Source: Mobula hypostoma
Taxonomy: Eukaryota
Reading direction: 5' to 3'
Assembly (NCBI RefSeq): GCF_963921235.1
Contig: NC_086097.1
Location: 129,024,001 to 129,088,000, forward strand
DNA length: 64,000 nt
The translations under genes were made by a program, and so were the position numbers. Below the pieces are notes generated by a model. That model did not search any database. It was not told where the DNA came from and saw nothing but the letters and a program-made list of their open reading frames with translations. Positions 52,310 through 64,000 of the stretch are shown here, in pieces (position 1 is the first letter of the stretch; each line of letters begins with the position of its first letter).

Positions 52310-53255
52310 ATTTTGTGACTGCATGGCTACGTACAACTTCAATGCCGTATTTACATTAGTTGATGACACCACTATTGTCTTGCCGAATCAAGAGTGGTGA
52401 CAGATCGGCATATAGGAGGGAGATTGAAAGTCTAGTTGAGTGGTGCCTCAGCAACCTCTTACTCAACGTTAACAAGACCAAAGAGCTGATTAGTGACTAC
52501 GGACAGAAAAATCTGGTGGTCCATGAGCCAGTCCTCACTGGATTGGAGGTGAAGAGGATCAGTAACCTTAAATTCTTTGATGTTATCATATCAGTGGATC
52601 TGTCCCAGGACCTGCATGTAGGTGGCATCACAAAGCCACGATAGCACCTCTACTTTCTTTCAAGTTGGCGTACATTCGGCATGACATCTAAAACTTTGAC
52701 AAACTTCTGTAGATGCACAGCAGAGAGTACCCTGACTGGTTCCACCATGGCCCTAAAATGGAAAAGCTTACAGCCAGTCCATCATGGGCAAAGCCCTCGC
52801 CACCACCGAGCACACTGAGGAGTGCGGCAACAAAAAGCGCAGCATCTACCATCAAGGATGCCCCAACGTATAGGCCATACGCTCTTCTTCTTGCTGCCAT
52901 CAGGAAGGAGGTACAGCAGCCTTAGGGTCCTGCACCACCAGGTTCAGGAACAGTTATTAACCTTCAACCATCAGACTCCTGAACCAGCATGGATAACTTC
53001 CCTCACCTCAACTCTGAACCGATTCCACTATCTATGGACTAACTTTCAAGGACTCTACACTCAAGTTCTCAGTACTCTTTATTTATTTATTCATTTGCCC
53101 ATATTGTCTTCTTTTGGTTGATTGTAAGTCTTTGCATGTAATTTTTCAGTGACACTTTGTTCTGCCTTGAATGCCTACAAGAAAATGAATCACAAGGTAG
53201 TATATGGTGACATATATGTACTTTGGTAATAAATTTACTTTGAACTTTGTACTTT
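52310..53255 (+). mobile_element. Rex1-like LINE inserted in a minus-strand SINE (about 52120-52305 and 53258-53380)
   Basis: SAYRREIESLVEWC..LNVNKTKELI; FLLPSGRRYSSLR; tttgaactttg tail. Confidence 0.85.
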
Positions 53256-54279
53256 GACTACCCAGAGGAAACCAATGTGGTTACACAGAGAATGTACAAG
53301 TCCTTATAGACAACAGTGGGAATTAAACCCTGATCTTCCTATTGCTGACGCTGTAGAGCATTATGCTAGCCATTACTGTACAGTACACTAGGCTCTCTAT
53401 CTCACTCCTGGACTCCATCTCATTGCTGTCTGAGATCTGGCCTACTATGGTGGTGTCAGCACAACCTTAATGCTTTCTATTGCTGGCCAAAATGATGGAA
53501 GTGCAACTTAATGTGCATGGACTGCCCTCTCAGAAAAGATATGAGATCTGTGTCCACTTTTTGCCATGTGGTCCCTCTGTATTAATTCACAGAGCCAACC
53601 ATTATCAGGATAAAACCTACACACTTGCTTTTAGCATGTACACTTCATCACCGATAAACAGAGGGTAATACGTTATGTTAATTTGATTTCTTATTATTAA
53701 AATCTTTAATCTTACCAGCATATAAAGTTGATAGATTACATTTTTGCTTCAATGTTAATTATCTAGCCAGGGCTAACTTATACGTCCCTTGTGTAAGACT
53801 CGCGTATTAAATGTATTTGTATTGATTTGGGAGAGTGTCACTTGCATTTTTTATATGATAATCATCACAGTTGTGGATCTCGATGGCAAAATGGATCAGA
53901 CTACAGTTCTTTCACCCTAGGACTTAGGTTTCCATTTGCTTCAACCTGATGGATTTAAAGAGCTAAAGTTAAACAAATTAAATTCAGAATCAATACCAGT
54001 ACAGTACGTATCATCAGAGGGCAGGTCAAGTTTACAGCAAGATAGTGCTTGAGATGGACAAAGGGACGTGGAATGAGAATAATTTACACACCAGTACAAC
54101 TCATGCAACTGGCAGTACTTTGCTAAGAACTCAGCATTATGGCTTTTGAATTAAATGGGAAACATTTTGGTAATGATCCATACACATAAGATACTGGAAC
54201 AATTCAGAAAATCAGGTAGCATCTACTGAGGAGAATAAACAGTTAACGGTTCAGGCTGAGACCCTTGATTCTAGTTACA

Positions 54280-54710
54280 GGCTCACATACTGTCACACTT
54301 ATCTCCCCATCACTCCTGCCCAACTGGTCCCTCTATTCCCACTATCCACCCTTACGCTCCCACTGTCACTTCCTCCACTACCCAGTCACTCTCTTCTCCA
54401 TCACTTCCTCCACCCCTACTCACTCCCTTCACACCCACTGTCATGCTCTCCACGTCCATTGTCACCCCTCCCATCTCACTGTTGCTCCCTCCCATCTCAC
54501 TCACCCTTCAACCCCAGTTACTCCTTCACCCCTCACTGTCACTGTCACTCTCTCCACTCCCACTGTCACTCAATCCACATCCACTGTCACTCCCTCCCAT
54601 CTCACTGCCATTCCCTTCACCCCCACTGTCACTCCCTCCACCCTTATTGTTAATCCCTCCATTCCTACTGTCACTCCCAGCCTCACTGTTATTCCTCCCC
54701 ATTCCCACTT
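54280..54710 (+). repeat. Degenerate C/T-rich minisatellite (about 21-bp unit, ccccactgtcactccctcca-like)
   Basis: Recurrent cactgtcactc motifs; accounts for the low-complexity ORF 54265-54909. Confidence 0.85.
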
Positions 54711-55382
54711 TCTGTATCAATTGATTTCCAATCTGTTAACCACAGGAAGAAGGCATCTCTACACTCCTCCAGTAAAGTCCTTCCAGGTTCTACTCATTCT
54801 TGCCTTTTGCTTCTCTAAATTTGTGCAAATGATCATGAGTCCTCTGGTGGCATTCAACATTAGCACCATTCTAACAAGACTCGCTCACCCCTACCAAAGT
54901 TTTTCCTGAGGTGACCTTGCAACCTGAACCACGTCACGCTTATGGCAGCAAATGCTCACACCAACACCCTTGTGTGCCCAGGTTCTTGCAGTGCCCCTCC
55001 ACCCTGTCACCCACACGCACAGAGTCAGAGGAAAGTCACACTGAGAAAAAGAGTGAAACTTAAACTGGTTAAAAAGAGAACAAAGTTGGTTGGCTTTTAG
55101 AGGATTGTCAGGTGTCAGGGAGGAAGAGATCTATAATTTTGGGCAAATCTGTTTTTTAATGCAGAACTCACTGGGGTGTGGTACCAGAACAGATGGAATT
55201 AGAAAGGTAGTTGAGAAAGAATAATTTACTGGGCAACTTGGATGGAGCTGGGGGCGGGGGGGCGGGGTGCTGATGGAATTCTAAGAGAAGACATTAAACT
55301 CAATGAGATGACTGTCCACTTTCTGTGACTTAAAAATCCATCCAATAATTCTGTGACAACAGGAGGTTCCACAGTGGATCGA

Positions 55383-55570
55383 AGACATAAAAGAATGCAG
55401 ATGCAGGAATCTGGAGCAACAAACAATCTGCTGTTGGAACACAGCAAGCCAAGCAGCATCTATGGGGGAAGGGAACTGTCGACATTTTGGATCAGGATCT
55501 CGACGATTTCGTTCCTACTACAGATGCTGTTCAACCAACTGAATTCCTCCAGCAGACTGTCTGTTGTTTT
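55383..55570. mobile_element. Penelope pLTR-derived element with inverted arms
   Basis: aacaaacaatctgctgttggaacacagc...cagcatct...gtcgac followed by inverted agatgctg...ctgaattcctccagcagactgtctgtt. Confidence 0.65.
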
Positions 55571-55973
55571 GAACCTGGGCTCGATCAGTTCTTCCTCCCT
55601 GGTTCAACTCTGACCACAATTCTTCTTGGAATGTCACAAAATTCCTCGAAGAGTACTGCAGGGATGCCACAAGTGCTGCATGTCCTCATTTCCACTTTCC
55701 CAGCAAACTAGATGGCAAGGAAACACACTCCCTTAACTTTATCTTACTGTTAACTTTTATTATATAACCACAGCTTCAGTAGGAACTAAATGTACAGAGC
55801 ACCACATTACTTGGCAATCAAAGTAAAATGTTAGAAAACCCTTTAAGGAATAGCCAAGGTGTTAATGGTGACTGAAGCTCATTAGTTGCTAGATTTGCAA
55901 AGGTGACAGTGTTGTGGTTTCACTGTACTAAAGCTTGGTAACAAACACAATTACCATTTTCACACCTCTGTAC

Positions 55974-56237
55974 CTGAAAATAGAGGTTGCAGAGCCAGTG
56001 ATCTATATCTGACGACATAAGATCCTCGATTTTTCTGAATTCATCTATTCTGAGATCCTGGCAGCCTCTTAAAAGGGGACATTTATATTTTCCTTCCAGA
56101 ATCTCCAACTTGCCGTTACAGATGGGAAATGCACCCCATGCCACTGCCCGGTCAACGCTGCTACTAATTCCATGCAGTAGGAAGAGATCGAAGATGAAGG
56201 TCATTCCTGGTTTGGTATTGTTCACAGAGGGTAACAC
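55974..56237 (-). CDS. OFCC1: OFCC1/ojoplano-like internal coding exon (264 nt, phase 0-0)
   Basis: Acceptor tttatctctcccactag|GTG and donor TTTCAG|gtacag. Encodes VLPSVNNTKPGMTFIFDLFLLHG...VAWGAFPIC...EGKYKCPLLRG...FRKIEDLMSSDIDHWLCNLYFQ, matching the conserved OFCC1 block (KPGM.F.F.LFLL, EGK.KCPLLRG, DHWLCNLYFQ) as I recall it; no database search was run. Confidence 0.92.
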
Positions 56238-56605
56238 CTAGTGGGAGAGATAAATATTATATCTTTTAGATTCAAGTTTACATTAAACTTCTTTCTGACA
56301 TACTCTAAATGGGCTGAATGGACTCCTTCCATGCTGTATTCTTCTCTATTCTAAAGAAGTGTACACAGCACTTCAAAGTAGAGCTTGCCTCACTGGGACT
56401 AGTTAATTAAAACCATGCAGTGAGGTGAGAGACATTTTTCTGCTACTCCATATCATAAAAGTGCATACAAAGAATACACGGTGAACAGAAACAGCCTTCT
56501 CCTTGCCCCAGTGTTACAACTAATGCTGAGTGAGTCAGACATGATAATAAAATTCCATTATCGTATTGTTCAGAAATCCCAAAGCCTCAGAATCTGGTTC
56601 AGCAA

Positions 56606-57046
56606 ACTCTATTTCCAATGTTCCTGTTCGAAGTTTCCAGGGTCCTATTTCCTATGTTCGCTTTAAACACTCCAGGGCCCCTTTTCCTGCAATTCCATTA
56701 AACTCATTTGGGCCCCATTTTCCGCATTAAGTTTAAACTTTCTAAAGTCCATTTCCCACACTCCCTTTAAACACGTCTAGATCCAATTTCCTCCACTCTC
56801 TTTAAAGTCACCAGGACTCTATTTCCTGTGCTCCCATTTCCAGCATACCCTTTAACCCCTCCTGGGCACCATTTCCTGTTCTCCCTCTAAAGCAGGGGTC
56901 CCCAATCTTTCTGTATGCCCTGGGCCCCTACCAAGGGGTCCGTGGATCCTAGGTGGGCAACCCCTGCTCTAAACTCTCTGGGGCCCCATTTCCTCTCACT
57001 CTCTCTTAGTTCACCAGTGCTCCCTTTCCAGTGCTCTCTTTAAACC
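56606..57046 (+). repeat. Degenerate minisatellite (about 34-bp unit, ccatttcc...ctccctttaaac...ccagggc)
   Basis: About ten recurring atttcc...tttaaac units. Confidence 0.8.
56893..56966. mobile_element. 74-bp hAT (Charlie-like) MITE
   Basis: TIRs CAGGGGT...ACCCCTG and 8-bp TSD ctctaaag/ctctaaac. A decayed relative lies at about 28844-28922. Confidence 0.85.
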
Positions 57047-57807
57047 TATCAGGTTTATTGAAAAATGTATTGTGCTAATGCGTAATTCTCAAAACAAAAT
57101 GAGAAAAGTGTGTTGGGCATTAATGGGAATAAGATCAAACAGTGGAGAAAATCTAGCATTCCACTAGCATTCCAAACCCACTGGTTTAACAATGTCTTAT
57201 TTCTAATTTTCCCATTTTTCTATGCTCAAACTCCAACTTCTTAGAAAAGGGATTCTCTCATTTCCTGTTCCATTTTGTCTTTTCTCTCCCAAGCTTTAAA
57301 AACACTTCTTTTGCTGTCAAGATTATAGATACTGTTGACATCAACTTCTAGATCAGCTCATATACAAAGAAGGTAATTACACCTCATTAAATTCCCCAAA
57401 AACTTATTCACCCAAGCGAAATGGAGAGTGAATATTAAGTTAAGTCCGAGCAGCTGCTCACAAGATTATTGATTGGAAATCTGATATTCTGATGTTATCA
57501 CAACTCAGAGAAGACCTGAAAAGAGTACTTTAATGAAGACAATTGAAATAAAATGATTATTTTCACTGAATATTTATAGCATATTCTTTAATAATCTATT
57601 GGAATCAAGATGACAAGCATTATGTAATAGGTCAAATATTGTACCCCCGTGGTCAACTGTTTCATTAGCATCAAGGCTTTTGCTCTTATTAATCTTGGTT
57701 CAACACTCAAGAAATAAACAAGTAATATTCAAAGCAAACATGTACCAGGCATCCACCTCTCATCCCCTGACATTCAATGGAATTACCACCACTGAGTCCC
57801 CAAACTA

Positions 57808-58260
57808 TCCTGATTCTGGGAATTAAAGGTTTAACGTATGAACACTCTGGGTCTGTACTCACTGGGGTTTAGGAGAATGAGGGGGGATCTCATCGAAACC
57901 TATCGAATATTGAAAGGCCTCAATAGAGTGGAGTGGATGTTTCTAACAGTGGGGGAGTATAAGAATAGAGGGAGGTCCCTTTAAGTGCAGAGATGAGGTG
58001 GAATTTCCTTATCAGGTGGCGAATCTGTGGAATTCTTTGCCACAGACTACTGTGGAGGTTAACGAATATAAAAATTCGTTATATTTAAAGTGGAGGTTGA
58101 TAGATTATTGATTAGTAAGGGCATCAAAGGTTACGGGGAGAAGGCAGGAGAATGGGTATTAGAGGAGTAATAAATCAGCCATGATGAAATGGCGGAGCAG
58201 GCTCAACGAGCCAAATGGCATAAATTCTGTTCCTATATTTTGTGGTCTTTTGGTCTTTTC
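57808..58260 (+). mobile_element. CR1 3' end
   Basis: [22 protein letters not shown]; 3' UTR ending tggtctttt. Confidence 0.85.
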
Positions 58261-58659
58261 CCGTAGGTTACCATCGATCAGGAATAGAACTATGGTAGTC
58301 AGATGCATAACGTGGCTATGAGACCAAGAATCCTATGGCTTTCACACCAGTCTCTACACCCAATAGTCCCCCTCCCTTCCAATTCCCCATCAGGTTCCAT
58401 AAATAAAAGAAACTCTAGTCAGAATCCGGCAGGGATAGGAAGGAGGTCTTCCAGATGGGAAGGTCTCTCACTAAACTGGAGAAGAGGGCCCTCGTCCTCA
58501 TGAATGGAGACACCCACTGAGAGACCGAGTTCCTCAGCACTTTTCCATGAAGTAAACTTCAGTAGTTTTGCAGCATCATCTGATCAATTTGGGAGATCTG
58601 CGAACATTACAGGTGAGTTTGGGAGCTATTTTAAATAGCCTCCACAAAAAAACAAAATC

Positions 58660-61058
58660 AAGTCATTTTAACTTCCCTAATATTGATTGGCATCACCTTA
58701 GTGCAAGGGGTTTGGATGGGGTAGAGTTTGTTAGGTGTGTTCATGAAGGTTTCTTTACACAATATGTAGATAAGCCAACTAGAGGAGAGGCTGTACTTGA
58801 TCTGGTATTGGGAAATGAACCTGGTCAGGTGTCAGATGTCTCCATGGGAGAGCAATTTGGAGATAGTGACCATCATTCTACTGTATCTCCTTCACCATAG
58901 CACTGGAGAGGGAGAGGAGCAGACAATTTGGGAAAACATTTAATTGGGGTAGGGGGCAACATGATGCTATTAGACAGGAACTTGGGAGCATAAATTGGGA
59001 GCATATGTTGTCAGGGAAATGCACGGCAGAACTGTGGCAAATGTTCAGGGAACATTTGTATGGGGTTCTACATAGATATGTTCCATTGAGGCAGGGAAAG
59101 GACGGTAGGGTTAAAGAACCATTGTGTACAAAGTATATAGAAAATATAGTTAAGAAGAAAAGCTTATGAAAGGTTCAAGAAACTGGGTATTGTTAGAGCT
59201 CTAGAAAGTTACAAGGTTGCTAGGAAGGAGCTTAAGAATGGAATTAGGGGAGCCAGAAGAGGCCATGAGAAAACCTTGGTGAGCAGGATTAAGGAAAACC
59301 CAAGGCATTCTACAAGTATGTGAAGAGCAAGAGGATGAGCCATGTGAGAATAGGACCAATCAGAAGCAATACTAGAAACGTGTGCATGGAGTTGGAGGAG
59401 GTAGCAGAGATACTTAAATGAATACTTTGCTTCAGTATTCACCAGGGAAAAAGACCTTGGCAATTGTGGTGATGACTTTCAGCAGACCGAAACACTTGAG
59501 CATATAGACATTAAGAAAAAGGATGTGCTGGAGCTTTTGAAAAGCATTAAGTTAGATAAGTCACCAGGACCAGATGAGACATACCCCAGACTACTGTGGG
59601 AAGCGAGGGAGGAGATTGCTGAGCCTCTTGCGATGATCTTTATCATCAATAGGGATGGGAGAAGTACCGGAGGATTGGAGGGTTGCAAATGTTGATCCCT
59701 TGTTCAAGAAAGGGAGTAGAGATAGAGACCAGTGAGTCTGACTTCAGTACTGGGCAAATTGTTGGAGAAGATCCTGAGAGGCAGAATTTATGAGCATTTG
59801 GAGAGACATAATCTGATTAGGGATAGTCAGCATGGCTTTGTCAAGGGCATGTAGTGCCTTACGAGCCTGATTGAAATCTTTGAGGAGGTAACAAAACACA
59901 TTGATGAAGGTAGAGCAGTAGATGTAGTGTATATGGATTTCAGTAAAGCATTTGATGAGGTTCCCCATGTAAGGCTCCTTCAGAAAGTAAGGAGGCATGG
60001 GATCCAAAGAGGCCTTGCTTTGTGGATTCAGGCTAGGCTTGCCTGCGGAAGGCAAAGAGTGATTGTATTCTGCATGGAGGTTAGTGACCAGTGGTGTTCC
60101 GTAGGGATCTGTTCTGGGACTCCTCCTCTTTGTGATTTTTATAAATGACCTGGATGAAGAAGTAGAAGGGTAGGTTAGTAAGTTTGCTGATGACACAAAG
60201 GTTGAGGGTGCTGTGGACAGTCTGGAGGGTTATCAGAGGTTATAGCGGAGCGTCGATAGGATGCAGAACTGGGCTGAGAAGTGGCTGCTGGACTTCAACC
60301 CAGATAAGTGTGAAGTGGTTCATCTCAGTAGGTCAAATTTGAAGACAGAATATAATATTAATGGCAAGACTCTTGTCAGCGTGGAGGATCTGAGAGATCT
60401 TAGGGTCCATGTCTATAGGACACTCAAAGCTGCTATGCAGGTTGACAGTGTTGTTAAGAAGGTGTATGGTGTGTTGGCATTCATCAGCCGTGGGACTGAG
60501 TTCAAGAGCTGTGAGGTAATGTTACAGCTATATAAGACCTTGGTCAGACCCCACTCTGGTCACCTCACTACAGGAAGGATGTGGATACTATAGAGAGAGT
60601 GCAGAGGAGATTTACAAGGACGCTGCCTGGATTGGAGGGCGTGCCTTATAAGAATAGGCTGAATAAACTTGGCCTTTTCTCCTTGGAGCAACAGAGGGTG
60701 TACAAGATGATGAGGGGCATTGATCGTGTGGATAGCCAGAGACTTTTTACCAGAGCTGAAATGGCTAACACGAAGGGGCATAGTTTTAAGGTGCTTGGAA
60801 ATAGGTACCGAGAGGATGTCAGGGGTAAGTTTTTCCACACAGAGAGTGGTGGGTGCGTGGAATGCACTGCCAGCAGAGGTGGTGGAAGGTGATACAACAG
60901 GTTCTTTTAGGAGCCTCTTCGATAGGTACATGGAACTTAGAAAAATAGAGGGCTATGCAGCAGGGAAATTCTAGGCAGTTTCTAGAGTAGTTACATGGTT
61001 GGCACAACATTGTGGACCAAAGGGCCTGTAATGTGCTGTAGATTTCTATGTTCTATGT
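58660..61058 (+). mobile_element. Long decayed CR1 ORF2 and 3' UTR
   Basis: FNFPNIDW...PTRGEAVLDLVLGNEP...GDSDH; YMDFSKAFD; KFADDTK; (ttctatg)n tail. Confidence 0.92.
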
Positions 61059-61904
61059 ATGTTATTTGTTCTTTTATGACTGCTGTTTTGTGGGGCTTGA
61101 AGCCCCAGCTTAAACTCGGACGGCTTCAAATTTCTTCTTTTGAACAAAGTCAAAGTCCAAATTGAGCTGCTTTTCACTAGTGTATACAAGCATGGACAAG
61201 ACACACACACAACCACACTAAGACACTGAATGCACATAGACCGATAGATTCGGATACACACACACAGTGAAAGGCACACTGCCATACATAAGAATTGGCA
61301 GACATGCATGTAAACACAGATATAGAACACATAAACACCGCTCACTGCTCTCCATAAATGATGTCACGAGATGTGCGTCTGATGCAATGAAAATGTCAGA
61401 TAAGCTGGCATGGATCTTGATGGAATTGGCCCTTACGCTTTTGCTAATGGCGTAATATTTCACCTGGAAGTGATCAGCAATGAGGTATACTTCAGGCTAG
61501 ATCAATTTTAGATCATGTTGCTTTGAAGAAACAAGCAGTATGCAATACACTTTCTGGGCTGTAGTGTGTTGCGGTGCCTGTTAATAGAGATGGTGGTTAT
61601 ACTATTATAATCACTGATCTACTGAAACAAATTCGGAACTCACTGCAGCCATTGCAAAACCTAAGTACACCTAATTAAAAGCTAATAATTATGTTAATAA
61701 CTGTGAAGCTACTGGATTGTTACATCCGCTTCACAACCGTAATTTAGTAAAGAGAAACAACAATCTTCATCTGGAGACACGGGAGACTGCATAGCTAAAA
61801 TCTAGAACAAGAAATAAACTACTGGAGGAACTCAGCAAGTCAAGCGGCATCTGTGGAGGGAAACTCACCGTAAACTTTTCAAATTGAGACCTTTCATCTG
61901 GATT

Positions 61905-63650
61905 CAAGGTTCAAAATAAATTTTATTATCAAAGTACCTATAGTATATGTCACTATATACAACCCTGAGATTCATCTTCTTATGGGCATACTCAGTAAAT
62001 CTACAGAATAGTAACCATACCAGAATCAATGAAAGTTCAGCCAGAGCACAGAAGACTACAAACTATGCAAATATAAATAAATAACAATAAATAATGAGAA
62101 CATGAGATAATGAGATAAAGAGTCCTTAAAGTGAGATTATTGATTGTAGGAACATTTTAATGATGGAGCAAGTGAAGTTGAGTGTAGTTATCCTCTTTTA
62201 TTGAAGAGCCTGATAGTTGAGGGGTTTTAACTGTTCTTGAACCTGGTGGTGCAAGTTCTAAGGCTCTTATACCTTCCACCTGATGGCAGCAATGAGAAGA
62301 TATTAGATTAGATTAGATTATGAGGACACGCAGTCCTCTTTTATTGTCATTTAGTAATGCATGCATTCAGAAATGATACAGTATTCCTCCGGTGTGATAT
62401 CACAGAAACACAGGACAGACCAAGACTGAAAAACTGACAAAAACCACATAATCATAACATATAGTTACAACAGTGCAAGCAATACCGTAACTTGATGAAG
62501 AACAGGCCATGAGCACGGTAAAAAAGTTCAAAGTCTCTCGAAAGTCCCACATCTCACGCAGACGGGAGAAGGAAGAAAACTCTCCATGCCATACCCGACC
62601 ACAGTCCGACTCTGAGTTGTCCGAAAACTTCAAGCTCCGACCAGCCCTCCGACACCAAGCACCGAGCACCATCTCTGCCGAGCGCTTCGACCCCAGCCCC
62701 AGCTGCCAGAGCATGACTTGGTCGGAGGATGTCTGATCATGGATGCTGTTTTCCATCGACACAGTTTCATATAGATGTGCTCAATGGTGGGGAGGGATTT
62801 ACCCCAATGGACTGGGCCGAATCCACTACTTTCAGCAGGATTTTCCTTTCAAAGACATCAGTGTTTCCTTACCAGGCTGTGATGCGGCCAGACAATACAC
62901 TCTCCACTACTCATCTACAGAAATTTGTTTAAGTTTTAGATGTCATGCCAAATCTCTGCAAACTCCTGAGGAAGTAGAGGCAATTGCAGTTGCGTGCTGG
63001 GTCCAGATCAGGTCCTTTGAAATAGTAATACCCAGGAATTTAAAGTTGCTAACCCTCTCCACCTCTGATCCTCTGATGAGGGCAGGTTTCCTTCTCCTTA
63101 GTCTTACGGACATTGAGTGAGAGGTTGTTGTTATGACAGCACTCAACCCCATATGTTGATTCATCACCACCTATGATTCTGCCCATGACAGTGGTGTCAT
63201 CTGCAAATTTGAATAAGGCATTGGAGCTATGCTTAGCCACACAGTCATATGTGTAAAGAGAGTAGAACAGGGGGCTAAGCACACAGCCCTGTGGTGCACT
63301 TGTGCTAGAGGAGATTGTGGAAGAGGTGTAATTGCCAATCAAAATTGACTAGGGTCTACAAGTGAGGAAATCCAGGATCCAATTGCACAAGGAGGTACTG
63401 AGTCCAAAATCTTGGAGCAGATGATGGTATTGGATGCTGAGCTGTAGTCGATAAAGAGCATCCTGATGAATGTGTGTTCAGATGTTCCAGGATTGATTGA
63501 AGAGCCAATAAACGATAACGGCAGTTGGCAAATTGGTGCGGATCCAAGTCGCCTCTCTCAGGCAGCAGCTGATATGTTTCATCACCAACTTCTCAAACAC
63601 TTCATCTCTGTGCATGTAAATGCAACTGGGTGATAGTCACTGAGGCAAGG
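61905..63650 (-). mobile_element. Decayed Rex1-like LINE, interrupted at 62303-62735
   Basis: PQGCVLSPLFYSLYTYDC...FKFADDTTV; ERVSNFKFLGITIS. Confidence 0.85.
62303..62735 (-). mobile_element. Young non-coding retroelement with (TAATC)n tail
   Basis: CpG-rich body; 3' aaatgacaataaaa, hairpin gaggactgcgtgtcctc and taatctaatctaa tail. Confidence 0.7.
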
Positions 63651-64000
63651 TCACGACTATGTAGTGTGATTTACAGCATTAGCTTCCTCCATTGACCTCT
63701 TTCCTTAAATCACACCAGTAGTATTCACTGAAAAAATGGAGGGACAACCACCTCCAAGTCCTCGTACATATTATTGGTTAACAGGATACAGAGATATAAA
63801 CAAGATACTGGAGAAACTCAGCTATCAGGCAGCTTCTGTAAAGGGAAACAGGCAATCAACATTTCTAGTCAAGACCACTCATCTGGGTTTAAAAAGTAGA
63901 GGGGAAATAACTAGTATAAAGAGGTGAGGAGAAAGACGTGGCCTGCCCTGTGTGTGATCCTAGACCCCAGCAATGTGGCTTAGTCTCAAATGTCCTCTGA

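Noticed and set aside
54265..54909. 214-aa Pro/Thr/Ser-rich mucin-like ORF
   Set aside because: Artefact of a C/T-rich minisatellite that lacks stop codons.
56606..57046. CRISPR-like spacing of repeats
   Set aside because: Eukaryotic context, degenerate tandem units with no unique spacers, and no cas genes.
58440..58618. Plus-strand donor ACAG|gtgagt
   Set aside because: No clear acceptor or frame; isolated consensus donors occur by chance.
61218..61463. Minus-strand ORF after ttccag| as the upstream OFCC1 exon
   Set aside because: The peptide does not resemble the expected OFCC1 segment and there is no good donor. The upstream exon probably lies beyond the window.

Overview
Eukaryotic (vertebrate) genomic DNA. 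The repeat complement (CR1, Rex1/Babar, V-SINEs, Neptune-type Penelope) suggests a cartilaginous fish, probably a ray; this is an inference. The window appears to lie inside one large minus-strand gene, recognised from remembered protein similarity as OFCC1/ojoplano (opo). Three phase-compatible coding exons are visible: 56237-55974, 39611-39380 and 641-534. The rest is intron, much of it decayed and nested transposons: many CR1 and Rex1-like LINEs, an L1 3' end, a Vingi 3' end, a deleted chromodomain-bearing Gypsy element, a solo LTR, two Tc1 elements, a hAT MITE, tRNA SINEs and two Penelope-like families with hammerhead-ribozyme motifs. No transposon ORF is intact. I found no clearly new biological system. 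The best leads are a complete minimal hammerhead motif on the pre-mRNA strand, palindromic head-to-head Penelope-terminus elements, frame-preserving candidate micro-exons, and a TE-poor intronic block that may hold conserved enhancers. All calls were made by eye, and TE boundaries are approximate unless a TSD is quoted.
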